DNA of 64,000 nt from NCBI GenBank assembly GCA_963840005.1, contig CAWIXO010000028.1:24171-88170 (forward strand). The letters are read 5' to 3'. How positions within the stretch are numbered: position 1 is the first letter of the stretch; each line of letters begins with the position of its first letter. The notes under the pieces were generated by a model. That model was not told where the DNA came from. It saw nothing but the letters and a program-made list of their open reading frames with translations, and did no database searches. This stretch comes from an uncultured Actinomycetota bacterium. Lineage in GTDB: Bacteria > Actinomycetota > Actinomycetes > Mycobacteriales > Micromonosporaceae. The translations under genes and the position numbers were made by a program. Below, in pieces: positions 27,765-38,083 of the stretch.

Positions 27765-30187
27765 CGGTCCGCCTCGGCCAGGATGAGCCGGGCCGTGCGG
27801 GCGGCCTTCGCGCCGCCGACCAGGCCGCTCAGCCAGGCCCGCACAGGCTCGCCCAGGGATCGCCGGCCCAGGCGCACGGCCTCCTCGTACCGGGCTTCCA
27901 ACAGTGCGTGCAGCCCGGATTGGTCCGCACGGAGCCGCGGCAGCAGGTCATCGAGCACGTCGACGACGGCCGTCGCCGCTTCCGGGCTCGTTCGCGCCGC
28001 GTCCCGGAGCGTCGCGGCCCACCGGGTGGTGACGCAGTGCACGGCGAGGTGGGCCATCGCGGCACCCAACTCCGCCGCCGTGATCCGGCCGGCCGGCAGC
28101 AGCCGCGCGCACGCTTCCGCGGCCAGCACCCGGTGCCGCGCTTCGGCCGCTGACAGCCCGGCCGCCAACGTGGCCGCGGCCATCGGGCCGAGCCGTCCCG
28201 GATGCGTCGTGAGCGCCTCGAGGATCGCAGACGTGCCGTAGGTGACCGTCGCCTCCGCTGTCGAGGCGGTCAAGACCTCGCCGACGTAGACGGCGAAGAA
28301 CGGTTCCGCGTCGAGTGGCCAGATCTGGGCGTGCCAGGAGATCCAGTCCGCTTCCAGCTCCTGCCAGACACTGGACGCGTCCCGGTTGTCCCAGGCACCG
28401 ACGACGGTCGGCTGGTCGGCCCGTTCGCGGGCGCCCGGCGGGAAGACCTCCAGCGCGGGACGGTACGCGGTCCGGGTGCCGGCCCCGACGCGGTAATCGA
28501 ACGGGTGGAGCCGCAGCGAGTACGTGGCGGCCCGGCCCTGGCCTGCCCCGTCCAGCCGGGCGGCGAGCAGATGCGGGTCGTCGGCCAACGGCGCGCGCGA
28601 GCGGGCCGCCGCGACCCACAGCGGCCGGGTCGTCACCTCGGCCGGCTCGCCACCCAGCGCGTACCGGGCCGCCGCACCCGGTTCGCCCGGCACGGTGCGG
28701 GCTGCCCGCAGCGCCTCCGCGCGGCCGTCGGGCGCCAGCCGCAGCAGGGCGGCGACCAGGTCGAACATCGGCGGGTCAGGGTTGGCGGCCAGGCGGTCCA
28801 CGAAGACTCTCGGGTCGAGCCAGCCGGCCCGTTCGGTCGGCGTGGCCAGCAGCGGGGCCGGCGCCCGCCGGCCGGCCAGCACGTCGGCGACCTCGCGGAG
28901 GCGTCGACCGAGGAACGTGTCGGGCCCCGTGATCTCCGGCTCGCCGGCTCCGGCGGCGGCGACCACGAGCGCGGCGAGGGGCTGCCGCAGCGAGTGCTGC
29001 CGCTCCGGGTCGGACAGGACCTTCGCGGCCCGACCGCGCAACACGTCGAGACCGGCCGTGTCGCCGACCGCGAGGGCCGCGAGGAAGCGCTCCACGTCGT
29101 CGCCGCCGAGGTGACCGGCGAGCAGCCGCGCGCCCAACTCCGGCACGGTCGGGTCCTCGGTCGGCACCGCGAGCTGGGCCTGATGGACCATGACAGCGGG
29201 CGCGTCGGGCGCACCCAGCCACTGCGCGGCGGTGCGGCGGACGCTGGGCTCCAACTCGTCGAGCGCGGCTCTGACAATCTCGCGCGCTTCCAGGGACCGC
29301 AACAGGTCCAGTGCCTGGGACTGGACGTCCCGGTGCCCGTGCCCGAGTGCGGCGCCGACCGCCTCCGCGACGGCCGGCGCGAGGTCGGGCCGGCGGGCCG
29401 CCACGGCGGCAGCCAGCTTGACGGCTCCGGCGGCCGTCGACTTCGCCGGAACCGTCATGGCCGCGGCGCATTCGGCCACGTACGCCTCGTCCTCGAGCGC
29501 ACCTGCCTTGGCGACGACCGCGAGCTGCGCGACGGCGAACGACACCGTCGCCGGCACCGCCGACCCGAGCAACCGGCGCAGCAGCCGCTGATGCGCGACG
29601 CGTTCCGCCCCGGTGGGCTCGAGACTCCGGTAGAGCTGCGCGAACCATCCCACCCGGTAGGCGCTGAAGTCGCGCCCCAGCGCCCGCAGGCAGCTCTCCA
29701 GCACCCGCTCGCGCGGTAGCGTGCCGTCCGCGACGAGGTCTCGGAACGTCTCCGCCCAGGTCGCGAGGGGACCACTGAACTTGTCCACATTGGCCAGACT
29801 GATCTCGCCGCCGCCCTCGACCTCGAAGACCCGCCACACGAGTTCGCGCAACTCCGGATCCCGGCGCAGCGCGGCGCTGCGGACGCCGCCGTCCCACCGG
29901 TCGCCCAGGCACGACACCATCGCGAGCACGTAGGTGTCGTCGTGCTCCAGCGCCACGAGGCCTAGTCGCTCGAGCATCCGTACGGCACTGAAAAGGGCGC
30001 TCTGCGGCCAGTGTCGCGAGGCGTCCCGGACTCCGTCGACGACGGCACGCCGGACCCAGTCCGGGAACTCCACCGTCGGCGGCTCGCTGACCTCACCCAG
30101 CCAGGAGAACTGTCGCAGGACCCCGGCCCAGGCACGGTCCTGCGGCGGCAGGGCCCGCAGCCCGGTCAGGAGTCGGTCGATCGACAT
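27761..30187 (-). CDS. DUF6493-like large helical protein
   Basis: FEVEGGGEISLANVDK, LLATPT..GWLDP; 4-nt overlap with the SWIM gene. Confidence 0.7.
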   Translation of the reverse strand: MSIDRLLTGLRALPPQDRAWAGVLRQFSWLGEVSEPPTVEFPDWVRRAVVDGVRDASRHWPQSALFSAVRMLERLGLVALEHDDTYVLAMVSCLGDRWDGGVRSAALRRDPELRELVWRVFEVEGGGEISLANVDKFSGPLATWAETFRDLVADGTLPRERVLESCLRALGRDFSAYRVGWFAQLYRSLEPTGAERVAHQRLLRRLLGSAVPATVSFAVAQLAVVAKAGALEDEAYVAECAAAMTVPAKSTAAGAVKLAAAVAARRPDLAPAVAEAVGAALGHGHRDVQSQALDLLRSLEAREIVRAALDELEPSVRRTAAQWLGAPDAPAVMVHQAQLAVPTEDPTVPELGARLLAGHLGGDDVERFLAALAVGDTAGLDVLRGRAAKVLSDPERQHSLRQPLAALVVAAAGAGEPEITGPDTFLGRRLREVADVLAGRRAPAPLLATPTERAGWLDPRVFVDRLAANPDPPMFDLVAALLRLAPDGRAEALRAARTVPGEPGAAARYALGGEPAEVTTRPLWVAAARSRAPLADDPHLLAARLDGAGQGRAATYSLRLHPFDYRVGAGTRTAYRPALEVFPPGARERADQPTVVGAWDNRDASSVWQELEADWISWHAQIWPLDAEPFFAVYVGEVLTASTAEATVTYGTSAILEALTTHPGRLGPMAAATLAAGLSAAEARHRVLAAEACARLLPAGRITAAELGAAMAHLAVHCVTTRWAATLRDAARTSPEAATAVVDVLDDLLPRLRADQSGLHALLEARYEEAVRLGRRSLGEPVRAWLSGLVGGAKAARTARLILAEADR

Positions 30188-30260
30188 GGCGAAGATCATG
30201 ACCTAGGTCGCGCCCCGGCTGCCACCTCGCCCGCTGGCGGGCGTCGGTCATGCTGAACTC

Positions 30261-30656
30261 ATGCGCCTGATCCTCAATGTTCTCTGGTTCATCTTCGGCA
30301 GTGGGTTTCTGCTCGCCATCGGATATGGCGTGGCGGCGCTCATCTGTTTCGCGCTGATCGTCACCATCCCGTTCGGGGTCGCCTCGCTGCGGCTCGCCGC
30401 GTACTCGTTGTGGCCCTTCGGCCGCACGGTCGTCAGCCGGCCCGACGCCGGCGTGGCCACCGGCTTGGCCAACATCCTGTGGGTCGTCCTCGCCGGGTGG
30501 TGGCTCGCGCTCGCCCACATCATCGCCGGCGTCGCGCAGTGCGTCACGATCATCGGGATTCCGTTCGGCATCGCCAACTTCAAGCTCGTCCCCGTGGCGT
30601 TCTGGCCGCTCGGCCGCGACATCGTCGACCTGGACACCGCCCCCGCCTCGGCATAA
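30261..30656 (+). CDS. YccF domain membrane protein
   Basis: ILNVLWFIFG..TIPFG..LWPFG duplicated as ANILW..IIGIPFG..FWPLG. Confidence 0.92.
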   Translation: MRLILNVLWFIFGSGFLLAIGYGVAALICFALIVTIPFGVASLRLAAYSLWPFGRTVVSRPDAGVATGLANILWVVLAGWWLALAHIIAGVAQCVTIIGIPFGIANFKLVPVAFWPLGRDIVDLDTAPASA

Positions 30657-30771
30657 GAGGGTTCCGACACTGCCGACGTCCGCGTGATAGCGGCGGCGCA
30701 CCACGTCGCGGGGCTTCGAGGTCGTTGTCACCCAGTAGTCCGCGCCGGGAGACCGTTCTTACCCGAGACCG

Positions 30772-31947
30772 GTGATCGCGGCTCCGGCCGCGGCCGCCAC
30801 CTCCGTCTACCGCGAGGACTTCACCAGCGGGCTCGGCACCTTCACCGCATCCGGTTCGGTCACGACGGGCAGCTACGGCGCCCGCCTGCGCGGGTCGCGC
30901 GTCCGCCGACCCGACGATCACCTCCAGCGCCATCGACCTGACCGGGTACGGCGACGTGACGGTCTCGTACACCCGGGCGACCTCCGGGCTGGACCTCGGC
31001 GAGACCTTCACCGCGGCCTACTCGGTCGACGGCGGCTCGTTCACCACGCTGGAGTCGGCCCGCACCGCGACGGGTGCGGCGTCGTTCGACCTGCCGGCGT
31101 CGGTCGACGGCCGCGACCTGCGGCTGCGGTTCTCGCTGGACGCCAGCAGCGTCCTGGAGACGCTGACCGTCGACAACGTGCTCGTCGTGGCCGAGGACGG
31201 CGACGACCCCGAGCCGCCCGGCGGGTCGCTGCCGCCGGTCAGCGACGTCACCCGGCCCGGACCGTACGCGGTGACCATCGACCAGACCGCCGGCCCCGGC
31301 GACGACGGCTGGCTGGTCTATCCGACGAACGCCGGCCAGAACGGTGTCGACCACCCGATCCTGGTCTGGGGCCCGGGTGCGGGTTCCGGCCCCGCCGAGT
31401 ACACGGACATGCTGCGCCAGTGGGCCTCGCACGGGTTCGTCGTCTACAGCGAGGTCTCGTCCAGCAGCGGCGCCTACATGGTCGACGCCCTCGACTGGCT
31501 GGAGGACCAGAACGCCAGCCCGAGCAGCCCGCTCTACCAGGACCTCGACCTCTCCGAGGTGGCCTTCGGCGGCCACTCCCGCGGGTCGATCGGCACGTTC
31601 GACGTGGCCGACGAGCCGCGGCTGGACGACCACGATCCACGTGGCCGGCGGATCGTTCGACGGCAACGGCCCGGACAACCTCCGCAGGCCGGCCCTCTAC
31701 ATCGGCGGTGACGCGGACTTCGCCACCGCGAACATGCGAACGCGACTACACCAACACCGACGTGCCGGTGTGGTTCACCATCCTCGACGACACCGACCAC
31801 ATCATGGCGACCCGCAACGGCCAGCACATCATCACCGCCTGGCTGCGCTGGCACCTGGCCGACGAGGACTTCCGCCGCGCGACGGACTTCCTGAGTGCCA
31901 ACTGCACGTTCTGCGCCAACGGCGACGTCGCGTACAAGGGCTTCTGA
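30772..31947 (+). CDS. Secreted cutinase/chlorophyllase-like alpha/beta hydrolase with N-terminal beta-sandwich domain; frameshifted, 5-prime end unclear
   Basis: PGPY, LVYP, WASHGFVV, GHSRG, GGDAD, DTDH, TAWLRWHL, CTFC spread across frames. Confidence 0.75.
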   Translation: MIAAPAAAATSVYREDFTSGLGTFTASGSVTTGSYGARLRGSRVRRPDDHLQRHRPDRVRRRDGLVHPGDLRAGPRRDLHRGLLGRRRLVHHAGVGPHRDGCGVVRPAGVGRRPRPAAAVLAGRQQRPGDADRRQRARRGRGRRRPRAARRVAAAGQRRHPARTVRGDHRPDRRPRRRRLAGLSDERRPERCRPPDPGLGPGCGFRPRRVHGHAAPVGLARVRRLQRGLVQQRRLHGRRPRLAGGPERQPEQPALPGPRPLRGGLRRPLPRVDRHVRRGRRAAAGRPRSTWPADRSTATARTTSAGRPSTSAVTRTSPPRTCERDYTNTDVPVWFTILDDTDHIMATRNGQHIITAWLRWHLADEDFRRATDFLSANCTFCANGDVAYKGF

Positions 31948-31956
31948 GCGGACCAC

Positions 31957-31986
31957 GCCGCCCCGCCGTCCCACCGGCGGGGCGGC
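31957..31986 (+). terminator. GC hairpin after the hydrolase gene
   Basis: GCCGCCCCGCCG-tcccac-CGGCGGGGCGGC. Confidence 0.6.
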
Positions 31987-32042
31987 TCGCCGCAACCGGT
32001 CGGCTCTTCCCCGTGACGACGCGGTGGCGTAACACTGTCGCA

Positions 32043-32915
32043 ATGGATCCGCGTCAGGTGCGCAACTTCCTGGCCGTGGTCGAGCACGGCGGATTCGGTC
32101 GGGCCGCCGCCGCACTCGGTCTCGCGCAGCCGACGGTGTCGCAGTCGGTCAAGGCGTTGGAGCGGGAGCTCGGTGTGGCGTTGTTCCGCCGCGCGTCGCA
32201 GGGTGTCGTGCCCTCCGGCGCGGGGCGCCGGTTCGTCGGCCCGGCCCGGCAGCTCATGCACGACCTCGCCCGCCTGGGCGCCTCCGTCGGCGGCCACAAG
32301 CAGCCGGTGCTGCAGCTCGTCGCGGGCGCGCCGTTGGCCACCCATCCCGGAGCCGAGCTGGTCGGTTCGTTCGTCAGAAGCCATCCGGACGTCCTGGTGC
32401 ACATGGACCGGGTGCCGGACCGGGTGGCCGGCGACGACGACACCGTGTTGACGATGGTCCGCAACGGCGCGAGCGAGCTCGGCCTGGCCTACCTGTCGGG
32501 ACCCTTGGACGATCTGCGCACCGTCGAGCTCGGCCGGCACGCGTTCGTCCTCGCCTTCCCGCCGGGCACCCGGCTGCCCGACCGGCGGGTGCCGCTGAGC
32601 GTGCTGGACGACAGCCCGCTCATCGGTGTGCCGCCCGGCTGCAGCCAGCGCAGGCTGATCAAGACGGCGCTGCGCACCGGGGGTGTCCGGCCGCGCGTGG
32701 TGGTCGAGAACGGCCAGCGCGACCTGTCGGCGGCACTGGTGCTCGCCGGAGTGGGCGCCGCGTTCCTGCCCGACGCGGCCGGGGCCGCCATCGCCGCGCG
32801 CGGCGCGGTCGTGCGCACCGTCGATCCGCCGCTGCACCTCGCCTACGGGCTGGTGCACCGGCCCGTCGAACTCACCGCGATCGCGGCGGCCTTCGTCGCC
32901 CACGTGCGCGGGTGA
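32043..32915 (+). CDS. LysR family regulator
   Basis: MDPRQVRNFLAVVEHGGFGRAAAALGLAQPTVSQSVKALERELG. Confidence 0.92.
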   Translation: MDPRQVRNFLAVVEHGGFGRAAAALGLAQPTVSQSVKALERELGVALFRRASQGVVPSGAGRRFVGPARQLMHDLARLGASVGGHKQPVLQLVAGAPLATHPGAELVGSFVRSHPDVLVHMDRVPDRVAGDDDTVLTMVRNGASELGLAYLSGPLDDLRTVELGRHAFVLAFPPGTRLPDRRVPLSVLDDSPLIGVPPGCSQRRLIKTALRTGGVRPRVVVENGQRDLSAALVLAGVGAAFLPDAAGAAIAARGAVVRTVDPPLHLAYGLVHRPVELTAIAAAFVAHVRG

Positions 32916-33799
32916 GCATGGACCTCCGTCGCCTGGCGTACTTCGTGGCCGTCGTCGAGCACGGCAGCGTGAGCGGCGCGGCGGCGGCACTGCGCGTCGC
33001 CCAGCCGTCGCTGTCCCAGTCGATCCGCGCGCTCGAGCGGGACCTGGGCGTGACGCTGTTCGACCGGCGGCACCGGGGGCTCACCCTGACCGCCGAGGGC
33101 AAGGCGCTGCTCGACCCCGCCCGCCGGGTGCTCGACGACGTCGACGCCGCCCGCGCCGCCGCACGCGACCCGGACGAGCCGGCGCTGGGCGTGCTCAACC
33201 TCGCCGCGCACGACGTGTTGGCCGTCGACCTGACGGAGGTGCTGGCCGACCTCCGACAGGTCCGCCCGGACCTGTCCGCCCGGCTGTTCGCGGCCAAGGA
33301 CGAGGAGGACATCGTCCGGCTGCTCGTCGACGGGCATTGCGACGTCGGGCTGACCTACCTGCCGGTGCGCCACCCGGACCTGCGCAGCCGCCTGCTCGGC
33401 ACGCGCCGCATCAGCCTCATCATGCCCGCGAACGGCGCGGCCCTCCCCGACCCGCTGCCCCTGGCCGCGCTGTCCGGCATGGCTCTCGTGGACACCTTGA
33501 AGGAGTTCACCGCGGCCCGGGCGACCATCCGCGCCACGCTGGCCGCGCACGAGGTGGCCATGCGGCCCGCCGTACGCAGCGCCCACCGCGAAGCGATCGT
33601 GCCCCTGGTCCTCGCGGGCGCCGGCGTGGCGTTCGTGTCCGACCGGTACGCGCGGGACGCGGCGGAGCAGGGTGCCGTGGTGCGGCGCCTCGACCCGCCG
33701 ATCGACGTCAAGTACGGGCTGCTGTTCCGCAAGGGCGCGGCCTCGCCGGCCACCCGTCTGCTGGTCGACCGGATGGTCCGCGGCGACCGCACGGCATAG
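32912..33799 (+). CDS. LysR family regulator (second, tandem)
   Basis: MDLRRLAYFVAVVEHGSVSGAA..AQPSLSQSIRALERDLG; GTGA overlap with the first LysR. Confidence 0.92.
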   Translation: MSMDLRRLAYFVAVVEHGSVSGAAAALRVAQPSLSQSIRALERDLGVTLFDRRHRGLTLTAEGKALLDPARRVLDDVDAARAAARDPDEPALGVLNLAAHDVLAVDLTEVLADLRQVRPDLSARLFAAKDEEDIVRLLVDGHCDVGLTYLPVRHPDLRSRLLGTRRISLIMPANGAALPDPLPLAALSGMALVDTLKEFTAARATIRATLAAHEVAMRPAVRSAHREAIVPLVLAGAGVAFVSDRYARDAAEQGAVVRRLDPPIDVKYGLLFRKGAASPATRLLVDRMVRGDRTA

Positions 33800-33819
33800 A
33801 TGCATGTGATGCACCTATG
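33795..33819. promoter_or_regulatory. Imperfect palindrome upstream of the symporter operon, possible regulator site
   Basis: CATAGATGCATGTGATGCACCTATG. Confidence 0.45.
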
Positions 33820-33905
33820 GGGACAGTGACATTTCGTCTTTGCTTTCTCACTGCGCACCGTTTGTGATCGAGCGCGTCCCGTCGGTTGACATCGAGGAGG
33901 AGCCG

Positions 33906-34121
33906 ATGGCGCGACGCGCTCGCGCGGCCCGGATCTGGTACCTGCTGTTGGTTCCGCCGACGGTGGCCCCGTTGCTCACGCCGCTGTACAACCGGATCGA
34001 ACCGACGCTCTGGGGTCTGCCCTTCTTCTACTGGTACCAGCTGCTGTGCGCGGTCTTCGCGATCGCCCTCATCAGCCTCGTGCACATGGCGACCCGGGAG
34101 CGGCGGCACGGATGGAAATGA
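33906..34121 (+). CDS. DUF3311 small membrane protein (symporter accessory)
   Basis: PLYNRIEPTLWGLPFFYWYQL; GAGGAGGAG RBS. Confidence 0.9.
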   Translation: MARRARAARIWYLLLVPPTVAPLLTPLYNRIEPTLWGLPFFYWYQLLCAVFAIALISLVHMATRERRHGWK

Positions 34122-35759
34122 CCGTCGAGGTCGTGGTGTTCCTGGCACTGCTGGGAGCGATGCTGGTGCTCGGCTTCGCGGCGGCCCGGTGGCGCCGCCC
34201 CGACGACATCCACAGCCTCGAGGAGTGGGGCGTCGGCGGCCGGGCGTTCGGCAACTGGGTCAGCTGGTTCCTGCTCGGCGGCACCATGTACTCCGCCTAC
34301 ACGTTCGTCGCGGTGCCGGCGCTGACGTACGGCGTGGGCGCGGTCGGCTTCTTCGCGGTGCCGTTCGCCATCATCACCACGCCCCTCGCCTTCGTCTTCA
34401 CGGCCCGGATCTGGTCCGTGGCGCACCGGCACGGGTTGCTGACGCCCGGCGAGTTCGCCCGCGCCCGGTTCGGCTCGCCCGCGCTCGGTGCCCTGGTCGC
34501 GCTGACCGGCATCGTCGCCACGATGCCCTACGTCGCCGTCCAGCTGTTGGCGCTGCGGGCGGTCTTCCGCACGGTCGGCGTGACCGGGGAGTGGCCACTG
34601 CTCATCGCGGTGCGCGATGGTCTCGCTCAGCACCTTCCGGTCCGGGCTGCGGGCGCCCGCGCTGCTGTCCATCGCCAAGGACATCCTGCTGGCCTGGGTC
34701 GTGCTCTCGGCCCTGCTCGTCGTGACGATGTCCAGCGGCTGGGGCGAGATCTTCCGGCGGGCCGGCGCCCATTTCGCCACCACCCCGTCGCCGAACGACG
34801 GGCTGATCCTCAGCGACACCGGCCAACTCGGCTTCGTCACCCTGGTGCTGGGCTCGGTGCTGTCGGTCTTCGCGTACCCGCACGCCGTGACCGGCATGCT
34901 CGCGGCCAAGGACCGGGCGACCGTGCGCCGCAACATCGCCGCCTCGCCGATCTACTGCCTCGTCCTCGGCCTGATGGCCCTGCTGGGCTTCTTCGCCCTG
35001 ACGGAAGGGATCACGCCGCTCGACGGCGACCTCAACACCGTCATGCCGCAGATGTTCCAGAAGCTCTTCCCGGGCTGGTCGGCCGGGATCGCGTACGCGG
35101 CGCTCGGGGTCGCGGCGCTCATCCCGGCGGCGGTCATGTCCATCTCCGCCGCCAACGCCTTCACCCGCTCGATCTTCCGGACCTACCTGCGGCCGGGCGC
35201 CACCTCCGCGCAGGAGGCCCGGGTCAGCCGCTGGGCGTCGCTGGTGGTCAAGTTCGGCGCGCTCGGCGTCATCCTGCTTCTCCAGCCGTCGTACGCCGTC
35301 GATCTGCAGCTCATCGGCGGGGTGATCATCCTGCAGACGATCCCGGCCGTCTTCCTCGGACTGGCGACGGGCTGGTTCGACTGGCGTGCGCTGATCGCGG
35401 GCATCGTCACCGGCCTGGTCACCAGCCTGGCGGTGCTCTGGGACATCCAGCAGATCGGCGCCGGCGGCCGCGTCGTCAAGGCGCACTTCGGCGGGTCGAG
35501 CATGCCGATCGGCGACACGGGCGCGACCGTCTACGTCGGAGTCGTCGCGCTGGCGGTCAACCTCCTCGTCGCCACGGCGCTGACCCTGCTGCTGCGGCTG
35601 ATGCGGGTGCCGCCGGGCCGGGACGCGACAACGCCCGACGACTATGTCGCCGACGCCGACGACCCGATGGTCAAGCGGCTCGACGAGATCCTGGACGGGC
35701 TGCCGACCCGGCCAGTCGGCGCACACGCCCGCACGGCGGGATCGCGCGCACCGGGATAG
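34112..35759 (+). CDS. Sodium:solute symporter (MctP-like), frameshift near 34612
   Basis: LEEWGVGGRAFG, YSAYTFVAVP, TMPY, YPH, PAAVMSI. Confidence 0.88.
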
Positions 35760-35803
35760 GCCTCGCCCGGCCGGCGACTTCGGGGTGGACTAGGTTGCTG
35801 CTC

Positions 35804-36727
35804 ATGCGTAGGTGGCCGATCGGGCTTGGCCTCTGGTTCCTGGTGCTGGCGGCCGCCGAGGTCGCCGGCCTGGTGGCCGTCGTCCGGTTCTTCGTGCGGT
35901 CCGAGCACGGGCAGCTGCTGGACACCGTGGCGTTGAGCGGCAACTGGATCGGGCAGGCCCGGATCGACGGCGTGGTCGACACGATCCTGAACACCGTGTC
36001 GGTGGTGTCGCTGCTCGCGGCCACGGCCGTCATCGGCTTCATCGCCCTGATCCGGCGGCGGGTCGCGGTGGCGTTCGGCGCGATCCTGCTCATCGTCGGC
36101 GCGAACGTGACGACGCAGGTGCTCAAGCGGCTCCTCGTGCGCCCGGAGCTGGGTGTCGACATGGAGCGGGCGGCGGCGGGCAACAGCCTGCCGAGCGGGC
36201 ACACGACCATCGCCGCGGCCGTCGCGGTCGCGCTCCTGCTGGTGCTGCCGGCGCGGCTACGCGGAGTCGGCGCCGTAATGGGCGCGGCCGCGGCCGCCGT
36301 CGTCGGGATCGCGACGCTCTCGGCCGGCTGGCACCGGCCCAGCGACGTGGTGGCGGCGCTGCTCGTCGTCGGCGTCTGGTCCTGCGTCGCGGGCCTGTTC
36401 ATCCTGCTGGCGCAGCGACGCCACGGCGATGTCGACTACGGTCCGGCGAACCGGTTCGCCGCCATGATGCTGGCCCTGGTCGGTCTCGGGCTGCTGGCCG
36501 GCGCGGCGCTCGCCCTCGGGCTGACGAACCAGCGGCTGTCCACCCCGGTCGAGGAGTTGAGCCGCAGCCGGCTGCTGACCGCGTACGGCGGCGGCGCGCT
36601 GGGCATCGCCGGTGTGACGAGCCTCGTCGTGGCCTCGGTGCTGGCCACCGCCCACCGCGTCGTGCCCCGGGCCGTGCCGCCCGTGGTCTCCGTCGAACAC
36701 GAGGCGCCCGCCGCTCCCGCGGCCTGA
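35804..36727 (+). CDS. PAP2 family phosphatase, membrane protein
   Basis: K..RP, NSLPSGH, WHRPSDV; TAGGTT -10-like hexamer 7 nt before the ATG. Confidence 0.9.
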   Translation: MRRWPIGLGLWFLVLAAAEVAGLVAVVRFFVRSEHGQLLDTVALSGNWIGQARIDGVVDTILNTVSVVSLLAATAVIGFIALIRRRVAVAFGAILLIVGANVTTQVLKRLLVRPELGVDMERAAAGNSLPSGHTTIAAAVAVALLLVLPARLRGVGAVMGAAAAAVVGIATLSAGWHRPSDVVAALLVVGVWSCVAGLFILLAQRRHGDVDYGPANRFAAMMLALVGLGLLAGAALALGLTNQRLSTPVEELSRSRLLTAYGGGALGIAGVTSLVVASVLATAHRVVPRAVPPVVSVEHEAPAAPAA

Positions 36728-36732
36728 CCGCG

Positions 36733-37493
36733 TCACCCGCGCCGGCGCGCGAGGTGGACCCAGATGTCGGCGGCGATCTCGACCGTCTCGGGCAGGACCC
36801 GCAGGATGTGGTCGTAGACCTGTTCCCGCACCAGGGCCGGCAGTTCGAGATAGGCCGAGACGGTCGAGAGATGGCCGACGTAGTCGGCAGCGCCAACGTC
36901 AGCCGACGCTCCAGGACGGCCTGCCGGACATCGGCGAAGAGCGGGGACTGTTGGAGCTCCGTGCCCGGCCACTGCATCTCCCGCTCCGGCGGCGTCCCGT
37001 CCGGAGACGGGATCTCGTCGGTTTCCAGGAACGGCGCCCGGGCCGCGCGCACGGCCTCCTCGACGGCCGGGTCGGCCAACCGCATCTGCCCACCGAACGA
37101 GCCGAAGACGCCGCCCGGCTCCAGCAACGCGGCCACCCGCGACCATCGGCCCTCGGGCCTGGTCCAGTGCAGCGCCGCCGCCGCGAAGACCAGCCCGTAG
37201 GTGTCACCCGGCCGCAGGTCCTCGAACGCGGCGCGGACGGTGCGGACGGTGTCGGGCACGTGCTTGCGAAGCTCGTCGAGCATGGCCTCGTCGGGGTCGG
37301 TCGCGGTGACCGCGATCCCCCGCTCGGCGAACAGCCGGGTCGCCTTGCCCGTGCCGGCGCCGATCTCCAGCGCGGTCCGGACCGGCCGACCCGCGTACGT
37401 CGTCACCAGGTCGAAGAGCTCGACGGGATAGCCCGGCCGGAACCGCTCGTAGGCCTGCGCCACCGCCCCGAAGCTCAGCGCGCGTGATGACAT
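36733..37493 (-). CDS. Class I SAM-dependent methyltransferase, frameshift near 36895
   Basis: SFG..YERFRPGYP, LEIGAGTGKAT, AAALHW; tail YVGHLSTVSAYL in the second frame. Confidence 0.88.
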
Positions 37494-37564
37494 GCGCGGC
37501 ATCGTGACACGGCCAGCGCCGCCGACGCCGCTGCTTTACGCGGGCCTAGAGTGATTTGTGAGGT

Positions 37565-38038
37565 TTGAGCGGCAACGACGAGGAGCCCGCGCTGACCGCG
37601 CTGATCCGGATCGCCCTGGCCGTCCTCTTCCTCGACGAACTCGTCGTCGGGTTCTGGAACCAGGTCTTCCCCGAGAGCTTCTACAACAACTTCCCGACCG
37701 TCACCCTCACCCCGCCGTTCAGCGAGCACTACGCCCGCGACTTCGGCGGCGCCACCCTCGGCCTCGCCGTCGTCCTCGGCATCGCGCTCGTCGCACCGCG
37801 AGCCGTCTTCACCATCCCCGCCGCGGCGGCGTTCTCCGTCTTCGCCATACCGCACTTCTTCTTCCACCTGAACCACCTCCACCACGCCAGCGTCTGGCAG
37901 GCGGTGTTCCTCACGGCCGCCAACGCCGTCGTCGCCCTGCTCGGCCTCCTCGTCATCGCGCTGACGCTCGTCCGGGACGGCCGGGACCGCCGGCTCGGCC
38001 GGGTCGAACGCCCCTCCACCGGAGTCGCCGGCGATTAG
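37565..38038 (+). CDS. Hypothetical membrane protein (about four TM helices)
   Basis: FPESFY..PPFSEHYARDFG..PHFFFHLNH; start uncertain. Confidence 0.7.
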   Translation: MSGNDEEPALTALIRIALAVLFLDELVVGFWNQVFPESFYNNFPTVTLTPPFSEHYARDFGGATLGLAVVLGIALVAPRAVFTIPAAAAFSVFAIPHFFFHLNHLHHASVWQAVFLTAANAVVALLGLLVIALTLVRDGRDRRLGRVERPSTGVAGD

Positions 38039-38083
38039 GCTCGATAGTTGGAACGCGAGTCCTCGCTGCGGCAGGCGGCCCAG

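Noticed and set aside
34046-36727. 893 aa symporter-PAP2 fusion
   Set aside because: Produced by the frameshift near 34612; PAP2 has its own start at 35804
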